Source: Candidatus Thorarchaeota archaeon
GTDB taxonomy: Archaea; Asgardarchaeota; Heimdallarchaeia; Hodarchaeales; Hodarchaeaceae
Direction of reading: 5' to 3'
Length of the DNA stretch: 32,000 nucleotides
NCBI GenBank assembly: GCA_048882505.1
Contig: JBHLRO010000004.1
Span: 50,193 to 82,192 of the forward strand
Position 1 is the stretch's first letter. Each line of letters opens with the position of its first letter. The notes below the pieces were generated by a model, which had not been told where the DNA came from, did not search any database, and was given only the letters and a program-made list of their open reading frames with translations. Both the position numbers and the translations under genes were made by a program. Of this stretch, positions 26,091-32,000 are shown in pieces.

Positions 26091-27266
26091 CTATTCCCGA
26101 AGCCCCCACCAAAAGTATGGTAAGTTATTGCCAGCCAAGAACGCTTGTTTTGAACGGTTGTAAATGGCAATCCATTCCTTCACCAAACAATCACGCCCAC
26201 CTAGTCCGTAGCAGTATTCAGCTATGGATGGGGTTAATTTAGCATCAAACAAACAGGATTTGACATCTTGACCGAGAATTCCACCTGGACTTCCGAAGGA
26301 GTGTGCCCGTTCAACGCTGATCACCCCTTTTAGGTTTTGAGCATATTTCTGGAATATTTTTCCGAACCAAGGACGGTAGACACGAATTTTTAACAATCCT
26401 ACCTTTTCCCCTTTCGCTCGGAGTTCATCAACGGCCGTTCTAGCATTGCCTGCTCCACTGCCCATTGTTACAAAAGCATATTCAGCATCGTCTATCTGAT
26501 AACCTTCAATAGGATTGTATTCACGCCCCGTCAATTCCCTCCATTCTCGGAATGTATCTATAATGATTTGCTTAGCTCTTTGTTGTGCATCACGTACCTG
26601 ACTGCGGGCTTCCATATAGTAATCCTGAAGATGTAATAAGCCTATACTAACCGGATTATCAGGATTAAGGCGGAATGTCGATTTTCTGTTTCCACCAAGG
26701 AAATTCCAAACCTTTTCTTGAGAAATTGGTTCTATTCCTTCAATAGCGTGACTTACAATGAATCCATCTAAACCAACCGCAACTGGCAATAGAACTTCAG
26801 GATGTTCTCCGATTTTGAATGCAAGGCACGTGTGATCATAAGCTTCTTGATTTGTTTCTGAAAAGATGCTAATCCAGCCACTGTCGCGGAAGAGAAGTTG
26901 GTCTGTTTGTTCTCCATGAATGTTTATAGGACCACTGATTGCTCGGTTTGCTATGGCCATAACAATAGGGGTTCTAGAAGAGGACGCAATTTGGATTATC
27001 TCATACATTAACATTAAACCTGCAGATGCAGAAGATGTGAAGACTCTACCCCCAGCTGTGCTAGCCCCGATACAAGCGGACATCGCTGAGTGTTCGGATT
27101 CAACACAAACATACTCGGTATCAACTTCTCCATTGGCTACAAACTCAGAGAACTTCTCTACAATGATTGTCTGGGGTGTGATTGGGTAAGCAGCAACGAC
27201 ATCAGGATTGGCCAGTTTTGCAGCCAAAGCTACTGCATCATCACCAGTCACTGCAATACGGCTCAT
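26091..27266 (-). CDS. porA: Pyruvate/2-oxoacid:ferredoxin oxidoreductase alpha subunit
   Basis: AYPITPQT, ESEHSAMSA, ANRAIS, RVYRPW, GLGGRD. The likely start is the ATG at 27266, overlapping the porD stop (ATGA). Confidence 0.95.
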   Translation of the reverse strand: MSRIAVTGDDAVALAAKLANPDVVAAYPITPQTIIVEKFSEFVANGEVDTEYVCVESEHSAMSACIGASTAGGRVFTSSASAGLMLMYEIIQIASSSRTPIVMAIANRAISGPINIHGEQTDQLLFRDSGWISIFSETNQEAYDHTCLAFKIGEHPEVLLPVAVGLDGFIVSHAIEGIEPISQEKVWNFLGGNRKSTFRLNPDNPVSIGLLHLQDYYMEARSQVRDAQQRAKQIIIDTFREWRELTGREYNPIEGYQIDDAEYAFVTMGSGAGNARTAVDELRAKGEKVGLLKIRVYRPWFGKIFQKYAQNLKGVISVERAHSFGSPGGILGQDVKSCLFDAKLTPSIAEYCYGLGGRDCLVKEWIAIYNRSKQAFLAGNNLPYFWWGLRE

Positions 27267-27619
27267 TCGATGGCCTCCATCACTATTGCCGACTCTTTCT
27301 TCCTTCCTGGACATTCGTGTGCACAGACTCCACATCCTTTACAATAAAAAAGGTTAAATTCCGGAAATTCTTTACCACTCTCATCGGGCACCATTTCAAT
27401 TGCTGAATCGGGACAGTATAAGAAGCAAAAGTAGCAGTTGATGCAATTTTCTTTTATTAATTTGGGAATTTGAGCCGCCCAGTCACCGGTTCGAAAGAAT
27501 TGAGCAGTTCCTGCTGGTGTGCTTCCAGCCATAGGTAGCTTTTTTGCCCCCCACTTCTCTTTTACCCATTGTTTGAATTCTTCATCAGAAATTTCGGTTG
27601 GTAAGACATCAGGTGACAT
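27263..27619 (-). CDS. porD: 2-oxoacid:ferredoxin oxidoreductase delta subunit (2x[4Fe-4S])
   Basis: RTGDW, CINCYFCFLYCPD, YCKGCGVCAHECP. Confidence 0.95.
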   Translation of the reverse strand: MSPDVLPTEISDEEFKQWVKEKWGAKKLPMAGSTPAGTAQFFRTGDWAAQIPKLIKENCINCYFCFLYCPDSAIEMVPDESGKEFPEFNLFYCKGCGVCAHECPGRKKESAIVMEAIE

Positions 27620-28198
27620 TTAATTAACGACCTCCTGATATGACCGCTTTATAGCATTAATATTTTTGTGAGCAATGTCTAACTTATCTTTAAAACGGTT
27701 TTTTACGGCCTCTTCTAGTGCTTTTAGCGTTATCACTCTTTCACCTGTTATTTTGCACATGGCGCCTAATATAGATGTATTGGTTACAGCAAGTCCAATT
27801 TCCTCCCGGGCAATTTTTGATGCATTCACCGTCGCTAGTTTCACGTCAGGTCGTTTCTCACGAACTATCTTAATTGATTCAGAGAAAGGATCACTTGTAT
27901 TAATCAGAATAATCCCATTTTCTAGTAAGCCTGCCGTGACATTTATCTGACCTAGTAGCGAAGGATCTTGAACAACAACGATATCAGGTTCATAGATTTC
28001 TGACTTGATATAGAACTTTTCATCAGAAATCCGTGCAAAGGCAGCAATTGGCGCTCCTGATCGTTCAGGGCCAAATGTGGGGAACGCATGAACATATTTA
28101 TCTTCTAATAAGGCAGCTTCAGCGATTAAATAGCTGCTGGTCATGACCCCTTGCCCTCCTCTCCCGTGTAGTCTGATATCCACAATTTTATCAGTCAA
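27620..28198 (-). CDS. porC: 2-oxoacid:ferredoxin oxidoreductase gamma subunit
   Basis: IRLHGRGGQG, FPTFGPERSGAP, PDIVVVQD, NTSILGA. TTG start after RBS GAGG. Confidence 0.95.
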   Translation of the reverse strand: MTDKIVDIRLHGRGGQGVMTSSYLIAEAALLEDKYVHAFPTFGPERSGAPIAAFARISDEKFYIKSEIYEPDIVVVQDPSLLGQINVTAGLLENGIILINTSDPFSESIKIVREKRPDVKLATVNASKIAREEIGLAVTNTSILGAMCKITGERVITLKALEEAVKNRFKDKLDIAHKNINAIKRSYQEVVN

Positions 28199-28572
28199 AA
28201 CAAGTACCTCTTCTAGTTTTTTTTCTTAATGGTCCATCAAGAGCATGAACCAGGCTGATGAATACGTGGAAGGTGGGGAATAATATTGTATTGATTAACA
28301 ATAGTAAAACAAGCCGAGAATGAATTCCTACTGACTCTATGGAAGTTTAAGTAGATATAAACAGCTTTGATATGTGGATGTAATAATGCAGTATACAATT
28401 GAAGTAATAAAGCGATAGGTCTCCTCCTTTCCGCTCCTTCTGTTTTCTTCCTTTTTTCGGTTTTACCTGAGGTGCCTTGCCTAATAGAAGCTACGTACGG
28501 TTCTTCTGATTCAGGAATATATAATAACAATGTCCTTAAGCGATCAAATAACGGCCGCATTTTCTACTAAGG

Positions 28573-29001
28573 ATGTACATGGTTATGGGCCTTTACGATC
28601 AATCCGCTCCTCTTTCTCATGGTGACTTAGTAGCAGTCATGGAAGAAGCATTGTCAGGGATGGAACTCCCTGCGTGTATATCTTTAGTTGATTCCGATGG
28701 TTTGGTTGTATATAGTATTGGAAATTGTCTTGAAACAGTTATTCTGGAAAGTTTTAATGCCTACCTTATTATGTCGTTTGAATCCACTACAAGTAAACTT
28801 GAGAGTATGAACGAGATACTGGATTATCAGATTTTGAATACTGGGGACAAATCCATCTATGTGGATGATTTACGGGGAAGTGAAGGTCTTTTTATTATTG
28901 TACAGGCAGGTCCTGCCGTTATGACTAAAATTCTACCCTTTTTGAAATCCTTCGTTTCCACAGTTGAATCTGCGTTTGAAAGATCTCTTAGCGTGAAATA
29001 A
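28573..29001 (+). CDS. Roadblock/LC7 (MglB/LAMTOR-like) fold protein
   Basis: 142 aa with the alpha-beta-beta-alpha-beta-beta-beta-alpha pattern: ISLVDSDGLVV, helix, YQILNTGDKSIYV, LFIIV, C-terminal amphipathic helix. Fold inferred by eye. Confidence 0.65.
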   Translation: MYMVMGLYDQSAPLSHGDLVAVMEEALSGMELPACISLVDSDGLVVYSIGNCLETVILESFNAYLIMSFESTTSKLESMNEILDYQILNTGDKSIYVDDLRGSEGLFIIVQAGPAVMTKILPFLKSFVSTVESAFERSLSVK

Positions 29002-29211
29002 TGAGTAAGTTATAACTCACAGTGGATGAATAGTATCATCTTACCTTCAATACATCGGATTTTACCTTCAATCTTTTTGGAGGGATGAAATGTTCATAGA
29101 AATCTTCTTGAGCATGCTCTATTTTACCACATTGTTAGGTTCTCTATATCGAAAACATAATTTATTTTTGATAAATCGGAAGGCTGTTTCTGATATTCAG
29201 GATGGTACAGG

Positions 29212-30297
29212 ATGACAAAGATTCGAGTCGCTATAGCCGGTCTAGGTAATTGTGCTTCCGCTCTCATTCAAGGAGTTCATTATTATCGCAATGAAAAGGA
29301 TGATACCCGTGTCCCAGGGCTCATGCACGTTAGGTTCGGGGAGTATCATGTCAAGGATTTGGAATTTGTTGCTGCTTTCGAAGTCAATCGGGACAAAATC
29401 GGGAAATCGATTAGTGAGGCCATTTGGGTGCCCCCAAATTGTACCCCGAAATTCAGTGATGTGCCTCAAATGAAGGCTCGAGTATATCCAGGTCCAATTT
29501 CTGACGGTGTTCCTGAACACATGGTGAAATCATTTCACTGCTATAATCCCAAGGAAACGAAAACAGCTGACATCGCTCAAATCCTAAAAGAGACACAAGC
29601 TGATATCCTGGTAAATTTTCTTCCTGTTGGAAGTGAGCAGGCTACTCGTTTATATGTTGAAGCGTGTTTGGATGCAGGCGTGGCCTTGGCTAATGGGATT
29701 CCGTCATTCATCGTTTCCGATTCTTCGGAAATTTGGCCAAAGAAATTCGAAGCCAAGGGGATACCCTGTGCCGGAGACGACATCAAATCACAGGTAGGGG
29801 CCACTATTCTACATCGGGTGTTGGCAAAACTAATGTTGGATCGGGGAGTCGAAATTAAGAAGACATATCAACTTAATGTGGGTGGTAACACCGATTTTGA
29901 GAACATGAAATACGAATCCAGGCTAAAAACTAAGCGGATCAGCAAAACGGAAGCAGTTACTAGTCTGATACCACATGATGTACCAACTCGAATCGGACCC
30001 TCGGACTATGTACCTTTCTTGAATGATCGCAAGATTTGCTATCTCTTATTGGAAGGAGAAAAATTCGGAAGCCAGCCACTTTCAATCGAGGTAAAGCTCT
30101 CAGTTATCGATTCCCCCAACTCAGCCGGTGTGATGATCGATGTAATCCGAGCCCTTAAGATAGCACAAGATAGAAACGTGGCAGGGCCCTTAACCTCTAT
30201 TTCCTCATATGCATTTAAGCATCCACCGAAACAGGTGCCCGATTTCGAAGCACGCGATTTGGTTGAGCAGTTTATAGCGGGAGAGGTGGAGAGATGA
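29212..30297 (+). CDS. ino1: myo-inositol-1-phosphate synthase
   Basis: AIAGLGNCAS, VNFLPVGS, GDDIKSQVGAT, YQLNVGGNTDF, SKTEAV, DSPNSAG. Confidence 0.97.
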   Translation: MTKIRVAIAGLGNCASALIQGVHYYRNEKDDTRVPGLMHVRFGEYHVKDLEFVAAFEVNRDKIGKSISEAIWVPPNCTPKFSDVPQMKARVYPGPISDGVPEHMVKSFHCYNPKETKTADIAQILKETQADILVNFLPVGSEQATRLYVEACLDAGVALANGIPSFIVSDSSEIWPKKFEAKGIPCAGDDIKSQVGATILHRVLAKLMLDRGVEIKKTYQLNVGGNTDFENMKYESRLKTKRISKTEAVTSLIPHDVPTRIGPSDYVPFLNDRKICYLLLEGEKFGSQPLSIEVKLSVIDSPNSAGVMIDVIRALKIAQDRNVAGPLTSISSYAFKHPPKQVPDFEARDLVEQFIAGEVER

Positions 30298-30332
30298 TCA
30301 ATAAGTTGGCAATATTTCAGTGAGAGGATTAA

Positions 30333-31271
30333 GTGAACATAAAAGGCGCTCTTCGGGATTTTTATGACCTAACCCGACTCCCGCTTGGCATAATGGCAGG
30401 GATCATGGGACTAACAGCAGGGATGATTGTCGTTCTCGTTCAGCGAAAAGCACCTGGCGAGCATGCGATCCTGGCAGTCTTTCGATTGTTACCTGAATAC
30501 TGGGAACTCGCGGTCCTAGGACTTACTGTTCCATTTTTAATCGTGGGCGCATCGATGGCAATAAACGATTTCTATGATTTTTCTTCCGATCGGATCAATC
30601 AGCGAATGGATCGCCCCTTGGTTCGCAATCCCTCCCTGAACCCCCAGTACGTCCTCTTCTTGGCCCTTTCGATGATCGCCATTGGAATAATTATCTCATT
30701 CTTTCTGTTTGTGGACAATCTGTTGGTTACGATTGGCGTTGCAATATTTAGCTTCTTGTCGATATCTTATAATCTATGGACCAAAGAGATGGGTATTATT
30801 GGTAACATGACGGTGGCCGCAAGCGATACTGCGCCTGCTATTTTGGCTCTGATTGCACTAAGGGGAACTGATCCTTCCACAGTCCTCCTAGTTCTTTCAA
30901 TGTCTGGTATCACCTTTTTTGGGGTTGTTGGTCGTGAGCTAGTTAAGGGAGTGATGGACATTGAAGGGGATAGAATTACTAGATCAAATACATTTGCTGT
31001 GAGGTTTGGACCCATAAGAGCGGTTCAATTGGCATCCGTATTTTTCGTTATATTAGCAATTATCGCGCCTGTTCCGTTATTTGTGAAGTTTTACAATAAT
31101 TTGCTCTATGTGATTCTCATGGGAATTACTCTTGGCCTCTTTTTCTATAGCATTACTATTCTATATAAAGATCCGTCGGTAGAAAACGGAAAGAAGGCAA
31201 GGTCATACACTCGATTAGCGCTCTGGACAGGGGCATTATCCTTTTTGGCAGGTGCCCTCTTCTTACCTTAA
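30333..31271 (+). CDS. Digeranylgeranylglyceryl phosphate synthase (UbiA prenyltransferase family)
   Basis: INDFYDFSSDRINQRMDRPL and RELVKGVMDIEGD motifs, multi-TM. GTG start. Confidence 0.8.
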   Translation: MNIKGALRDFYDLTRLPLGIMAGIMGLTAGMIVVLVQRKAPGEHAILAVFRLLPEYWELAVLGLTVPFLIVGASMAINDFYDFSSDRINQRMDRPLVRNPSLNPQYVLFLALSMIAIGIIISFFLFVDNLLVTIGVAIFSFLSISYNLWTKEMGIIGNMTVAASDTAPAILALIALRGTDPSTVLLVLSMSGITFFGVVGRELVKGVMDIEGDRITRSNTFAVRFGPIRAVQLASVFFVILAIIAPVPLFVKFYNNLLYVILMGITLGLFFYSITILYKDPSVENGKKARSYTRLALWTGALSFLAGALFLP

Positions 31272-31295
31272 TGTCATCCAATCTAGGTTGAAACG

Positions 31296-32000
31296 ATGTT
31301 TGGCGATCCGAGTTCATTCTGTCAACGGATAGCTAAACAAAGTCGACTTCTTGAAGGTGAAGAAGGGGTCAGAAAGATAATTTTGGAAATGTACCGCAGG
31401 CAAGACCATAAGATCTCAAACAAAGAACTCGCAAGACTTGTGAAGATTCCTGTCCCAGTGTTATCTGCTGTAAGAAGTGAGTTGTTAAATGCAGGATTCC
31501 TTGAAACGAAGAGTATAATATCTCCAGATGCCCTTAAATGGATCAAAACCGCCCTAAAGTTAGCCTACCCGTTTCCTTTCTTTCAGGAGTTTATTTCATC
31601 TCTGGATAGCCCCCTCTCTCAAACTTATTATGATTTTTTCAAACCAGTTGTCACCTATCTAGATCAAAGACCACCTCCTGCTTACGAATATGATCAGTCA
31701 AGAAGTACATTTGAAACTGTCCTGAAAAGGGCCTTGTTAATGCTTCTGAATGGAGATGTAGAGGGAAAAAAAATTGCTATTCTTGGTGATGATGATGGCG
31801 TCTCATTAGCACTCGCCCAGTTACAGTGCGCTGAAAGAATACTTGTTTTGGATATAGACCCTAGAGTTGTCGAATACATCGAGTCTTTTGGTACAGAATA
31901 TGGGTTGACTTCCGTTTTAGAAGCACGCAACTATGATATACGAGGGACATTGAGTGACCCCTGGCTTCACGGGTTTAATGTGTTCGAAACAGATCCCCCT
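31296..32000 (+). CDS. bpsA: BpsA / bis(aminopropyl)spermidine synthase family protein with N-terminal HTH-like region (truncated by the window; missing from the ORF track)
   Basis: Manual translation from the ATG at 31296 gives 235 open codons to the window edge, including RPPPAYEYDQ, NGDVEGKKIAILGDDD, VLDIDPRV, YDIR and FETDPP, all matching BpsA/DUF43 motifs. Confidence 0.85.
   Translation, partial: MFGDPSSFCQRIAKQSRLLEGEEGVRKIILEMYRRQDHKISNKELARLVKIPVPVLSAVRSELLNAGFLETKSIISPDALKWIKTALKLAYPFPFFQEFISSLDSPLSQTYYDFFKPVVTYLDQRPPPAYEYDQSRSTFETVLKRALLMLLNGDVEGKKIAILGDDDGVSLALAQLQCAERILVLDIDPRVVEYIESFGTEYGLTSVLEARNYDIRGTLSDPWLHGFNVFETDPP

Noticed and set aside
28237-28560. 107-aa minus-strand ORF upstream of porC
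   Set aside because: It lies in an AT-rich divergent promoter region with a low-complexity translation, so it is probably non-coding.
826-31930. The many 60-140 aa ORFs antisense to or nested in long genes (e.g. 826-1104, 4272-4652, 16611-17027, 27675-27950, 31322-31546, 31694-31930)
   Set aside because: They are shadow ORFs of well-supported genes, with no motifs or RBS.
1-32000. CRISPR arrays, tRNA/rRNA genes, transposases, integrases and defence systems
   Set aside because: Reading the intergenic regions and ORFs showed no periodic repeats, cloverleafs or mobile-element motifs.

Overview
Archaeal chromosomal window, very likely Asgard (inferred from two Rag-like GTPases, a longin/uDENN domain, a roadblock-fold protein, DGGGP synthase and GGAG/GGTG-type RBSs). 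The left 10 kb is a eukaryote-signature signalling cluster. It contains a window-truncated Rag/Gtr GTPase on the minus strand that the ORF track misses, a divergent 739-aa Rag-like GTPase with a long duplicated C-terminal extension, and a 1554-aa single-pass surface glycoprotein. The cytoplasmic tail of that glycoprotein looks like a folliculin/SMCR8-type uDENN (longin) domain and keeps the 'ARG' arginine-finger motif used by eukaryotic GAPs of Rag/Arf/Rab GTPases. A membrane-anchored vWA/MIDAS protein lies next to it. This is the best candidate for an undescribed system: a receptor-GAP coupled to Rag GTPases. The rest is mostly central metabolism: acyl-CoA dehydrogenase, etfBA, a FadF-like membrane Fe-S oxidoreductase, a lipid kinase, a eukaryote-like enolase, ppsA, porCDAB, ino1, DGGGP synthase and a partial BpsA-family polyamine synthase. 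Other oddities are a Cys-rich membrane protein, a stand-alone 7TM protein, a degenerate NuoD/hydrogenase large-subunit paralog and a roadblock protein. I saw no rRNA, tRNA, CRISPR array or mobile element. All family assignments come from motif recognition by eye, not from database searches.
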